This document shows, one piece after another, positions 22,259 through 31,159 of a stretch of DNA of 34,578 nt (the first letter of the stretch is position 1; every line of letters begins with the position of its first letter). Under the pieces are notes generated by a model. It saw nothing but the letters and a program-made list of their open reading frames with translations. It had not been told where the DNA came from and did not search any database. This stretch comes from a virus. Where the stretch lies: the IMG/VR virus record IMGVR_UViG_3300017991_000041. One strand, given 5' to 3'. A program made the position numbers and the translations under genes.

Positions 22259-23200
22259 ATGGCTATCACTACTGTTAGCGTTCTTCCTCCGGCGGTGCGG
22301 GAATATTACGACCGGCTTTTGCTAATGACGGCGTACCCGCAGCTGATTCATACTCGTTTCGCCCAGAAGCGAGCACTTCCGGAGAAGAGTGGCGACACTA
22401 TCGTATTTAGGCGTTATTCGCGTCTAGCGACCGTACCTGTACCCCTCGTTGACGGCACAACTCCTCCGGGAGCAAGCCTATCAGCGACGGACATCCAGGC
22501 TCGCGTCGACTTCTACGGTAACTTCGTTACCATCACCAACCAAGTCGAGCTGACTGTTGAGGACCGAGTCCTTAACGAGTCTGCACGTCTGCTTGCTCAG
22601 AACATGGGCCAGACAATCGACGAAGTTACCCGCGACGTTCTTGCATCGACAAGCTCCGTGCTTGCTTGCTCTAACGGTGTCAACGGTAACACCCCCACAG
22701 AACTTACCAAGGCAGACATCGACGCCGCTGTTGTTCAACTGCTGAACAACGACGCTGAGATGATTTCCGAGGTCATCCAGGGACGCGATGCCTTCGGTAC
22801 CGCTCCTGTACGGCCTGCGTTCTGGGGTTACATCGACACGGCTCTACTGGACGACCTGGAGAATGTTGCTAACTTCCTCCATAGCGCACAGTACCCGAAC
22901 CAAAACGAAGTACAGCCCGGGGAATGGGGCACCACAGGCAACGTCCGCTGGCTTTACAGCTCGGTTGGCAGTGTGTCTGCTGCGTCTCCTGCGGTGTACA
23001 ACAACTTCATCATCGGTAAGGAAGCTTACGCTGTTGTCCACCTGGGCAGCGAAGCTGGTGAGTTCTACGTAGAACCTCTTGGTTCTGCTGGTAGCGCTGA
23101 CCCACTTCACCAGCGTGGTACTGTCGGCTGGCAGCACCCATTTGTCGCTCGTATCTTGAACGACAACTTCATGGTGAACCTAACTGCAACGCACACTTAA
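22259..23200 (+). CDS. Major capsid protein, HK97 fold (N4-gp56/BPP-1-like type as I recall that family).
   Basis: SD 'aatAGGAGagcaaaATG'. 'LPPAVREYYDRLLL..AYPQLIHTRFAQKRALPEKSGDTIVFRRY' and 'VDFYGNFVTITNQVELTVEDRVLNE'. Confidence 0.85.
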   Translation: MAITTVSVLPPAVREYYDRLLLMTAYPQLIHTRFAQKRALPEKSGDTIVFRRYSRLATVPVPLVDGTTPPGASLSATDIQARVDFYGNFVTITNQVELTVEDRVLNESARLLAQNMGQTIDEVTRDVLASTSSVLACSNGVNGNTPTELTKADIDAAVVQLLNNDAEMISEVIQGRDAFGTAPVRPAFWGYIDTALLDDLENVANFLHSAQYPNQNEVQPGEWGTTGNVRWLYSSVGSVSAASPAVYNNFIIGKEAYAVVHLGSEAGEFYVEPLGSAGSADPLHQRGTVGWQHPFVARILNDNFMVNLTATHT

Positions 23201-23216
23201 TAGGAGGAGGTAAGTC

Positions 23217-23813
23217 ATGGCTCAAATGAAAACATTTACCTGGACTAACCCGAACCCTGCAGTTGCTAGGGACCTGGATGTTGGCTTCGAGGTAGCGGAA
23301 ATCACAACCATTGACCGTACTAACGGCGGTATTTGGATGTGGAATGACCAAATGGCTGACGCTGAGGTGTTGGACGTCGATGCTGGTACAATTGCGACCA
23401 CTAACGGCTTCACACCGCTTTCAGAAAACGCCAACTACGGTGCTGCTATCAGCGCTATTTCGGCTGCAAACCCTGCTGTTATCACAGTTGACGACTCCGG
23501 CCCTGCTGGTTTCGCTGCTGGCGATACCATCAAGGTTGCAGCTGTTGCTGATGATGGAGCGGGTACCAGCCTGAACGGTGAGTACACAATCGCGTCTCTT
23601 ACAGCAACTGCCCTTACGACAGCTACGGATACTTCTAGCGGGTATTCAGCTTATGTAAGTGGTGGTTTCGTTACACGAGTAAGCGACACCAACGGTAACG
23701 CAATTCCTACAGAAAACTTTGCACGCCGCGGTATCACCGTTGGCACGACTCCAGTCGGCGCTAACAGCGCTGTCATGGTCGCAGTTGTGAAGGGTAAGGA
23801 ATCAGTCACCTAA
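23217..23813 (+). CDS. Capsid decoration / head-fibre-like protein carrying one copy of the shared beta-barrel module.
   Basis: SD 'AGGAGGAGGtaagtcATG', directly after the MCP gene. Residues 77-153 read 'ISAISAANPAVITVDD..FAAGDTIKVAAV..LNGEYTIASL..YSAYVSGGFV'. Confidence 0.6.
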   Translation: MAQMKTFTWTNPNPAVARDLDVGFEVAEITTIDRTNGGIWMWNDQMADAEVLDVDAGTIATTNGFTPLSENANYGAAISAISAANPAVITVDDSGPAGFAAGDTIKVAAVADDGAGTSLNGEYTIASLTATALTTATDTSSGYSAYVSGGFVTRVSDTNGNAIPTENFARRGITVGTTPVGANSAVMVAVVKGKESVT

Positions 23814-23821
23814 TCCCCGGG

Positions 23822-23865
23822 GAGGGGCCAGGTTTACCTCCATTTTCCTGGCCTCTCTCGTTTTG
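23822..23865 (+). terminator. Candidate intrinsic terminator or attenuator after the capsid/decoration genes.
   Basis: Stem GAGGGGCCAGG / CCTGGCCTCTC (one mismatch) with a 14-nt loop, followed by 'tcgtttt'. The long loop and weak U-tract lower my confidence. Confidence 0.4.
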
Positions 23866-23885
23866 CTAAAGAATAGGAGCTAGCA

Positions 23886-24209
23886 ATGACCAAAGATGTC
23901 AAAGGACCAAAAATCATGAAAAGCGAAGCCGAAAGGAAAGAAGAATGGCTTAACGAGGAGGTCTCGATTGAGTTCATGAACCTCGAAGAGCCCGGAGTCC
24001 CACAGCTATTCGTTTACGGAAGCACAAAGAATCCGAAAAAATATCACCTGATGCACGGCGGCAAATACAAGCTTCCTCGGCGCGTCATTGAGCACATCGA
24101 GTCCCGCCGCACTCCGATTTGGAATTACCGTCCAAACGGCATCGGCGGAATGGAAAAGGAACTGACCGGACACAAGTCTCGGTTTCAGTGTCGGCAGCTG
24201 TTTGAGTGA
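23886..24209 (+). CDS. Hypothetical virion-module protein (107 aa).
   Basis: SD 'aatAGGAGctagcaATG'. Confidence 0.65.
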   Translation: MTKDVKGPKIMKSEAERKEEWLNEEVSIEFMNLEEPGVPQLFVYGSTKNPKKYHLMHGGKYKLPRRVIEHIESRRTPIWNYRPNGIGGMEKELTGHKSRFQCRQLFE

Positions 24210-24238
24210 TGTAAAGCGGGTTTACATAGGGGTGTAGC

Positions 24239-25144
24239 ATGGCCAACTGGGATTTATCAGAGATTCGTACGAAGACGCGGCAGCTAAGCGGCCGAACGTC
24301 TCTGTCTGAGCTGAACAATAATCAGCTCGACGAGTACATCAACAAGTACTTGCAGTACGAGTTTCCTGCTGAAGTCAAGTTGAACCGGAATTACACCTAC
24401 TATGAATTTACGACGCTGTATCACCAGCAGCTCTACGACTTTCCTACCAACTACACCAACTTCGTTCCTGAGGCCTACGTAGACAATCTTAACACGTTGT
24501 TTTACCAGGACCCTGACAAGTTTGAAGCGGAGAACCCTCAGAACGTTCAGCGCTTTACAACCTGGACTGGCGACGGGGCAACAACCGGCTTTACCAATAC
24601 CTTTAGCAGCAATGTACCGATTCAGAAGGAGTCGGTGGTCATCGATGACACGGTAGAGGTCTTCACCGATAACGGGCTGGGCGTGCTGACAGGCAACCAG
24701 GGTGGAACAGGCACGGTCGACTATGAGACGGGCGCCATCTCCGTAACCTTCAACACAGCGCCAATATCAGGCCAGGGAATCTACGCCAGCTTTGTGCAGC
24801 AGATAACAGGAAAGCCGACAGCTATCCTAATGTACAATAACCAGTTCAAAATGTATCCGGTCCCAGATAGGGCTTATCGGATTCGTTTGAAAGCCTGGAC
24901 ATTGGAACTTGTACGACCGGCCTCTGGAGCCAATCAGGAGACCTTCATTAATGCTACTGACAGGCCTCTGCTTGACGAGTGGGGCCCATGTATAGCCTTT
25001 GGAACCGCAAGGCGCATCGTCTCAGATTTCGGTGAGCTGGACCAGTACGCGATGCTTACCCCGCTTTACAAGGAGCAGGTGGACTACATCCTAACCAGGA
25101 CGCACATCGACCTTGAGTCGACCCGTGCGCTTCCAATGTTTTGA
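24239..25144 (+). CDS. Head-tail adaptor / tail-tubular-A-like protein (positional call).
   Basis: A 301-aa ORF at the T7 gp11-equivalent position. N-terminus 'MANWDLSEIRTKTRQLSGRTSLSELNNNQLDEYINKY' is typical of adaptor-type proteins as I recall them. Confidence 0.45.
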   Translation: MANWDLSEIRTKTRQLSGRTSLSELNNNQLDEYINKYLQYEFPAEVKLNRNYTYYEFTTLYHQQLYDFPTNYTNFVPEAYVDNLNTLFYQDPDKFEAENPQNVQRFTTWTGDGATTGFTNTFSSNVPIQKESVVIDDTVEVFTDNGLGVLTGNQGGTGTVDYETGAISVTFNTAPISGQGIYASFVQQITGKPTAILMYNNQFKMYPVPDRAYRIRLKAWTLELVRPASGANQETFINATDRPLLDEWGPCIAFGTARRIVSDFGELDQYAMLTPLYKEQVDYILTRTHIDLESTRALPMF

Positions 25145-25151
25145 GGTAGGT

Positions 25152-25526
25152 ATGTATTGGGATAAAAACGGACAAGGTCACCTCTTCGCGCCAAAGCCGG
25201 ACTCCCCGGCCGATAGTTATATGTGGCGTAAGTTTAGGGAGTATGACCAAAGACATCCCAATATTTACGACAAGTTCAAGGAAATCTCGATGGGCCTGTG
25301 GGACCGCGGGTACCGCAAAATAGGCGCGGACTACGTCATACGTGTCATGAGGTGGAGAACAGGGGTCAATGCCGAAGAAGACACCTTCAAGATAAATCAC
25401 AACTTCTTCCCCTACTACGCCAGAAAGATGATGTTGGAACATCCCGAATACGAGGGAATGTTCAACCTTAGACCGCTTAAAGGAGACCAATACTATGGCA
25501 TGGGACAGCTCGCTTCCGGCGAATGA
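25152..25526 (+). CDS. Hypothetical protein (124 aa), not obviously structural.
   Basis: SD 'GAGGTAGGtATG' favours 25152 over the track start at 25113. 'YVIRVMRWRTGVNAEEDTFKINHNFFPYYARKMMLEHPEYEGMF'. Confidence 0.6.
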   Translation: MYWDKNGQGHLFAPKPDSPADSYMWRKFREYDQRHPNIYDKFKEISMGLWDRGYRKIGADYVIRVMRWRTGVNAEEDTFKINHNFFPYYARKMMLEHPEYEGMFNLRPLKGDQYYGMGQLASGE

Positions 25527-26166
25527 CGAGAAAATTCGCAATCTGGGCGTCGTAATACGTCCCAACTGGCAATCGATAGAGCAGGGTGAAGACGCAAACC
25601 CGATGGCTGGTACCGCCTCCTATCTCCAGCAGTACAGCTCGGCCTATATAGAGCGAAACGGGCGTGCAGCCAACAACGACCCGACGACAGAAGCCGAGAC
25701 GTTCTTCATGTACTGCAAGCAAGATGCCAATGGCGTCGCTGAAGGCCATGTGAAGGACCCTGCTGGCAATGTCATTGCCCTCACAGAGGCAGGAAAGCTC
25801 GGAAACCGCGCGACAGCCTTCTACATGGATTCCTTTGCTTTCGATACTGATGCGGCGCGTGTCAACAACGAGAATAACATCGTTGTGGCATGGGGTTACA
25901 TCAATAGCGCCGGCACCCTGCAATATGGGTCCGGTATTGCCAGCGGCTCTAAGACGGCTACCGGGCGTTATACAATTAACTGGACCACAGACCGGTTTGC
26001 CAATACCAACTATTCGGTAGCTATACTATGTGAAGGCAACGTGTCCGGTTCCTGGGACGGGTCCACAAAAACCGTCTCCCAGTTCAAAATCCAGACAAGG
26101 AATGTAAGCGCCGGAGACAGTAAAGACAGTGGCTTCTTCGTGATTGCCGTCGGAGGTCAAGCGTAA
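25495..26166 (+). CDS. Tail/fibre-type structural protein (223 aa).
   Basis: SD 'aAGGAGAccaatactATG'. N-terminus 'MAWDSSLPANDEKIRNLGVVIRPNWQSIEQ' and C-terminus 'TGRYTINWTTDRFANTNYSVAI' are patterns common in phage tail proteins (recollection). Confidence 0.65.
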   Translation: MAWDSSLPANDEKIRNLGVVIRPNWQSIEQGEDANPMAGTASYLQQYSSAYIERNGRAANNDPTTEAETFFMYCKQDANGVAEGHVKDPAGNVIALTEAGKLGNRATAFYMDSFAFDTDAARVNNENNIVVAWGYINSAGTLQYGSGIASGSKTATGRYTINWTTDRFANTNYSVAILCEGNVSGSWDGSTKTVSQFKIQTRNVSAGDSKDSGFFVIAVGGQA

Positions 26167-28316
26167 TGCAGCCTTTCCTCATCGCGCCATTTAGCATAGG
26201 CCTGGACACGGACCTTGAGCCGTGGCTCTTGCCACAGGATGGGTTCGAGGAAATTACTAATGGTCACATTCATCACGGAATTCTTGAAAAGAGAGAAGGA
26301 TACCAAAAGCTCGGAGACCTTCCGCATTGCATCAGTATTACGGGGGCAACTAACGCCGACCCGGCAGTATTTACCGTAGCTTCCACCACTGGTCTGACGA
26401 ACGGTGACACCGTACAACTAAACTACATGACAGGCGGCACCTGGACGAGTCTAAATGACACCCAATATGTCGTTCGCAATGTAACGGGTACCACCTTTAC
26501 GTTAGAAACGATAGCGGGAGCAGACGTCGATGGAACATCACTCGGGAGCTTTACGTCTGGATGCGTAGGTTACTACCCTGGTGACCGCATCATGGGAATC
26601 TGGAGGTTTGTAGACAGCTCCAATGTGAAGCAGCTTCTTGTCTTCGATACCAAGAGAGCCGCCATTTACAATACCGTCTCGGAGCTCTTCGACCCACTCG
26701 ACACAGCAGATGTGATGTCGGGAGCAAATACCGATTACGTTGTAGCAGGTAACTGGGCCTCGACTGCGTCCACCACGGCATCTACGTTATTTCGGCTTTA
26801 CTTCACGAACGGCAAGTCAAACGCCGGGGGTTCGACAGACGGTATCCGCATCTATGACCCATCGATTAGCACCACCGCGACCACTCAGTTTGCTCCGACC
26901 ATTAATGGCGGTAATGCTATCCGAGGCTGCAAGCTTATCTTTCCATTCAGGCAGCGTCTGGTGCTGCTTCACACGTTTGAGGGAACCAACACCTATCCTC
27001 AGAGAGCCCGTTGGTGCCAGGCTCAGAATCCTGGAACTCCAGGAAGCTTTGCGAACGAGTGGGATGACAACGTTGCTGGGCGAGGTGGCTTTGTGGATGC
27101 ACCTACCGGCCAACAAATCATCAGCGCCCAGTTCGTTCAAGACCAGCTCATTGTCTTTTTCACGGAGAGCGTCTGGACTCTGCGGCCAACCCCAGACCCT
27201 GCGCTCCCCTTTCGGTGGGACAAAATCAACGACTTCCGGGCCTGTGACGGAAAGATGACAACCGCCGGCTTCGACCGCTACGTCACCGCGGCAGGCTTGA
27301 GAGGAATCACAGCTACAGACGCCGTTGAGACCAAACGGTGGGATGCTCGTATCGAGGACTTCGTCCAAGATGAGGTCAACGCGAACAGCTTTGAAAAGGT
27401 CTTTGCGAAGCGCTCGTTTGGTAAGCGGCGCCTTTGGATGCTCTATCCTTGCTGTGAATCTGAGGATGCCGATTCGGCTCTTATCTACGACGACGAGTCA
27501 GGTGCGTTTAGTACCTACGACATCTCGATGAACGTTCTCGGATACGGAGGTGTTGCCAAAGACTACGCGCTGGATGACTTTACCGCGGCCAACGCCACAA
27601 ATTTGGGCTTGCCGGAGACTCTATCGGAAGCCGGGGAAGACCAGTTAGACGATTACGTCTGGCAGGCAGGTGGAGAAATCTTCCTGGGAGGAGACCGGTC
27701 CGGACAGATTCACACACTTGAAGTCGACGCAAGCGACGACGGTGCTTCTATCAGCTTCGAGCTTTACTCAGCGGCATGGAACCCCTGGATTAAAGAAGGT
27801 GCGCAGTGTCGGTTCGGATACATGGACGTCTTCGTAGACTCTAACCAAAACACCGACGTCATCTACGAGTTCTACAAAAACAATGACCAGACGCCTTATG
27901 CGACTCGAACCGGTGATTTTCTCCCCAATCTAGTGGAAAAAGCCGAGATTGGCTCCATTTCGCAGGCGAATCCAGGTTCAGTTACCGCTAACCAGCACGG
28001 TCTGTCCGATGGCGACGAAATCTATATCTACAAGGTCGAAGGAATGGCCGAGGTTAACGGCGGACCCTACACAGTGACGGTAGTCGATGCCAACAACTTC
28101 ACCATTGGAGTCGACACCTCATCCTTTACAGCCTATGCGACTGGAGGAGTCATCACCGAACTACCGTTTGAGCGTACTAAGACCTGGAAGAGGGTACATG
28201 CTGGTGGAACAGGCTATCAGCACCGTGTGCGTATCATAGCCACGGGCATTGATGAGCCTATGCGTATACATGCGTTTATGCCGCACTTTGCTAAAACAGG
28301 GAGGCGCGTCTCATGA
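26166..28316 (+). CDS. Large tail protein (716 aa; nozzle / tail-tubular-B-like by position) carrying two copies of the shared beta-barrel module.
   Basis: Largest ORF at the T7 gp12-equivalent position. The modules are at aa 55-136 and 594-665. Confidence 0.6.
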   Translation: MQPFLIAPFSIGLDTDLEPWLLPQDGFEEITNGHIHHGILEKREGYQKLGDLPHCISITGATNADPAVFTVASTTGLTNGDTVQLNYMTGGTWTSLNDTQYVVRNVTGTTFTLETIAGADVDGTSLGSFTSGCVGYYPGDRIMGIWRFVDSSNVKQLLVFDTKRAAIYNTVSELFDPLDTADVMSGANTDYVVAGNWASTASTTASTLFRLYFTNGKSNAGGSTDGIRIYDPSISTTATTQFAPTINGGNAIRGCKLIFPFRQRLVLLHTFEGTNTYPQRARWCQAQNPGTPGSFANEWDDNVAGRGGFVDAPTGQQIISAQFVQDQLIVFFTESVWTLRPTPDPALPFRWDKINDFRACDGKMTTAGFDRYVTAAGLRGITATDAVETKRWDARIEDFVQDEVNANSFEKVFAKRSFGKRRLWMLYPCCESEDADSALIYDDESGAFSTYDISMNVLGYGGVAKDYALDDFTAANATNLGLPETLSEAGEDQLDDYVWQAGGEIFLGGDRSGQIHTLEVDASDDGASISFELYSAAWNPWIKEGAQCRFGYMDVFVDSNQNTDVIYEFYKNNDQTPYATRTGDFLPNLVEKAEIGSISQANPGSVTANQHGLSDGDEIYIYKVEGMAEVNGGPYTVTVVDANNFTIGVDTSSFTAYATGGVITELPFERTKTWKRVHAGGTGYQHRVRIIATGIDEPMRIHAFMPHFAKTGRRVS

Positions 28317-28876
28317 CCATCCCTGAGAGCCTAATCTTTCCTAACCCGCCTGACCGAGTGCTTGAGGAACCAGCTAGGTTTCAGCAATACATCCGCGAGA
28401 TGATATTTACTCTGCAGAGAATGTATGAGGACGTGGCACAGGGCATCAATGGCGACATCAGAACAAACGATGATATAGGGAACCGGCAATATTTGCCGGC
28501 GGTGTTCGGTGTCTCATCTGCTGGAGCAGGAACCTACGCGGCCGACAAACAGATTGGATGGGTCCTAAGACAGGGCCTGATGGTAGACGTGTGGTTCGAC
28601 GTTACGTGGACAGCCCATACGGGCACAGGGAATTTATATTTGGAGCTGCCATATTTGGTAGCCAACTCTTTAGAAAAGCCGTTTGTTGGCGTTCTGCAGG
28701 TCAGCAACTTAACCTACACTGGCGATTATTGTGTTATGAACGCAATTCCTAACACACGCCGTGGAGAGATTTGGGTTTGCTCAGCGGGCGCAGCCACAGC
28801 GAATGTGGCTATGGACACTTCGGCGCAAATTATGGGACACATAAGGTATGTCGGCCAAGCAATCGAAAGAAGTTGA
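28313..28876 (+). CDS. Virion structural protein (187 aa).
   Basis: ATGA overlap with the upstream gene. I recognised no catalytic motif. Confidence 0.65.
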   Translation: MTIPESLIFPNPPDRVLEEPARFQQYIREMIFTLQRMYEDVAQGINGDIRTNDDIGNRQYLPAVFGVSSAGAGTYAADKQIGWVLRQGLMVDVWFDVTWTAHTGTGNLYLELPYLVANSLEKPFVGVLQVSNLTYTGDYCVMNAIPNTRRGEIWVCSAGAATANVAMDTSAQIMGHIRYVGQAIERS

Positions 28877-29429
28877 GTTTGAGGATTTACAGTTTATCAG
28901 GGTGTTTACGCCTATCCATGTGCCAAAGCACCTGATAGAGCAGATAAAGGACAGGGATTACAGCGTTGATGATTGGTACAGACACCAACAGCAAATTTGT
29001 ACGATTCAAAGGAATGGGCAAGCGCAGCTCAATCCTATGTCGATGCTGTATGTTATTAGCGATGAGAATCTCAAAGTTATTGGGATGCTATGGTGCGAGA
29101 TTGACATGCTGGGCAATGCTTTGGTGGTGCAGACTTTCAGCATGGACAAGCAGTACTGGAATCGCGGAAAAGCTGTCTCATTGCTGGCAAAGAAGGCGAA
29201 GGAAATCGCCAAAGAGTGTAAACTAAAGAAAATATTCTGGGTAACTAATTATCCAAAGCATTCCGAGTGGTATGGCTTCAAGCGGTCTAGGTCGGTGCTA
29301 ATGGAGTATACGGAGGAAAACGATGGGAAAGACAATGATGGGGAGTGCGAAACACACGCAGAACATCCCCCTTCAGACTCAGCAGCAGCAAGACCTACTG
29401 AACCAAGTCCTGCAGTCTGCGGGGCCTGA
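28848..29429 (+). CDS. GNAT-like acetyltransferase-fold protein (tentative), inside the morphogenesis / ejection-protein block.
   Basis: 'VIGMLWCEIDMLGNALVVQTFSMDKQYWNRGKAVSLLAKKAKEIAKECKLKKIFWVTNYPKHSEWYGFKRS' follows the GNAT beta4-alpha3 ('..RGKA..LL') and C-terminal ('..Y...GF') layout. The last 107 nt overlap the next gene. Confidence 0.5.
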   Translation: MSAKQSKEVEFEDLQFIRVFTPIHVPKHLIEQIKDRDYSVDDWYRHQQQICTIQRNGQAQLNPMSMLYVISDENLKVIGMLWCEIDMLGNALVVQTFSMDKQYWNRGKAVSLLAKKAKEIAKECKLKKIFWVTNYPKHSEWYGFKRSRSVLMEYTEENDGKDNDGECETHAEHPPSDSAAARPTEPSPAVCGA

Positions 29430-29871
29430 ATTTGTTCAGTCCATGATGGGCTTCCTACAGCCCGGTGGATTTGAAGACATTTTTCAGCAGGCGGTCGTCG
29501 ACCCGGCTATGATGGCCTACGAACAACAGGCCCTACCAGCCATTCAGCAGCGCTTTGTAGATGCCAACGCAGGAAGTTCCTCCGCCTTAAACCAAGCCCT
29601 TGCGCAAAGTGCTGCTGACCTTTCAACGATGATTGGTTCCCAGGCCGGTCAGTTCTACCAGCAACAACAGGCCAACCAGCTCAACGCAGGTCAAATGATT
29701 GCTCAGCTATTAGGACAGCGCACGTTTGAACCCGTGATTCAGCAGCGTCAAGGACTAGCAGGACCCCTTATCGGTGCCGCGGGGACAATTGGCGGAGCAG
29801 CGCTTGGAGGTCCCGCGGGCGCGGCAGCCGGCGGAATGGCAGGAAACTGGCTCGGAAGACTGTTCGGATAA
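29323..29871 (+). CDS. Internal-virion / ejection-type protein (182 aa), Gln-rich with a C-terminal glycine zipper.
   Basis: SD 'GGAGGAaaacgATG'. 'GPLIGAAGTIGGAALGGPAGAAAGGMAGNWLGRLFG'. Confidence 0.6.
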   Translation: MGKTMMGSAKHTQNIPLQTQQQQDLLNQVLQSAGPEFVQSMMGFLQPGGFEDIFQQAVVDPAMMAYEQQALPAIQQRFVDANAGSSSALNQALAQSAADLSTMIGSQAGQFYQQQQANQLNAGQMIAQLLGQRTFEPVIQQRQGLAGPLIGAAGTIGGAALGGPAGAAAGGMAGNWLGRLFG

Positions 29872-29881
29872 GGAGAAATTA

Positions 29882-31159
29882 ATGGCGATTGTACTTCAAG
29901 ACCTTTCCGGAATAGGGCAGGGAATCCAGCAGGCTGGCGGCGCATTAGCGCAAGCTCTGCAACAGCGACAAATGGCGCAAGCCGAACAGGGTAAGTTAAG
30001 CGCCTTAGACCAAGCTCTTGCTTCCGCAGACTTTTCCACGCCAGAGGGAAAAAAGTCGATATTAAGAGACCTGATAGCCAAAAAGGTACCTGTTAAGGAT
30101 GCTCTCGCCATCATTGACCAGTATTCGCCCGACCCTGTAGACGCGTTTCTCAATAAATACGCTGGACCGCAAGTGGGACCAAGAGGGCGGGAGATGGGTA
30201 ATCCTCAACTTGGACAAATAGCCCCTGCGGGAGGTGTGCTAGAAGAGACTGTTGCTGAAATTCAACAATACCCCATGCCTGGACGGGGCAATGTGGTGGA
30301 CTTCGAGGAGCAACAGGTTAACCTATTTTCGCAGTTGCCTGATTCCGCTCTTGTAGAGGCGGCGGCCTCAGGAGATAAGCGCCTACAAAACATGGCAGAG
30401 GCCGAGAACGAGCGAAGAGGTAGAGCCGAAAAGCGGTACGAGTCGGACCGTAAATACCACTCAGAGGGTGCGCGGCCTTGGCTCAAGAAAATTGACGAGA
30501 TGCGCCAGTCAAACCGCAGCAAAAGCATGGCTGTAGAGCTAATGGCGGACGCTATCGAACAGGGCAACCTAGAGTTTTTCAGCAAAGACAACTTCGCCAA
30601 CTTCTTGGGGCGCTACGGCGAAGGGCTTCGTTCTCCGGAAGGGGCTCTGCTTTTGAATGCCACAAAGGAATTCCTTCTCAGCAACATTCAGAGGGCCGGA
30701 AGCAGACCTAACCAATGGATAGAACAACAAATTAGCCAGATGCTTACCAAAATTGGTCGCTCTGATGAGGCTAACCTTTCTGTTGTAGAGGCGCTTCGCC
30801 ATGAAACGGAGGTAGAAAAACTCTATCAGCAGGAAACGGACCGCATAGCCGATTACTACCGCACAGAGCTCGGATATGTGCCAGACAACATCGGAGCGCT
30901 AGTTGACCAGGCTGTGGAACCGCTTGCCAAGGAATCTCAGGACCGACTCGCCTATCGCCTGCGAGAGATTAAAGAACAGGCGGGTGACCTCACTGAACTC
31001 ATGAAGAAAAAAGTTCCACGCGGAACACCGCTAACGTTTGAAATGATGACAGTATTCGCTGACCAATATGGAATTCAGGAAGGACAGAAGAGGGCAAAGC
31101 AGCTTGGGTATACCATTCCATCCGAAGAACAATATATGAGGTACAGCCGTGGCAGATAG
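29882..31159 (+). CDS. Internal-virion / ejection-type protein (425 aa from ATG 29882).
   Basis: SD 'tAAGGAGaaattaATG' favours 29882 over the track start at 29774. Helical, charged sequence at the T7 gp15-like position. Confidence 0.6.
   Translation: MAIVLQDLSGIGQGIQQAGGALAQALQQRQMAQAEQGKLSALDQALASADFSTPEGKKSILRDLIAKKVPVKDALAIIDQYSPDPVDAFLNKYAGPQVGPRGREMGNPQLGQIAPAGGVLEETVAEIQQYPMPGRGNVVDFEEQQVNLFSQLPDSALVEAAASGDKRLQNMAEAENERRGRAEKRYESDRKYHSEGARPWLKKIDEMRQSNRSKSMAVELMADAIEQGNLEFFSKDNFANFLGRYGEGLRSPEGALLLNATKEFLLSNIQRAGSRPNQWIEQQISQMLTKIGRSDEANLSVVEALRHETEVEKLYQQETDRIADYYRTELGYVPDNIGALVDQAVEPLAKESQDRLAYRLREIKEQAGDLTELMKKKVPRGTPLTFEMMTVFADQYGIQEGQKRAKQLGYTIPSEEQYMRYSRGR

Noticed and set aside
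25056-27368. Minus-strand ORFs 25056..25565, 25477..25923 and 26817..27368 inside the tail gene block.
   Set aside because: They are antisense to long, well-supported structural genes, with Arg/Ser/Cys-rich junk-like translations.
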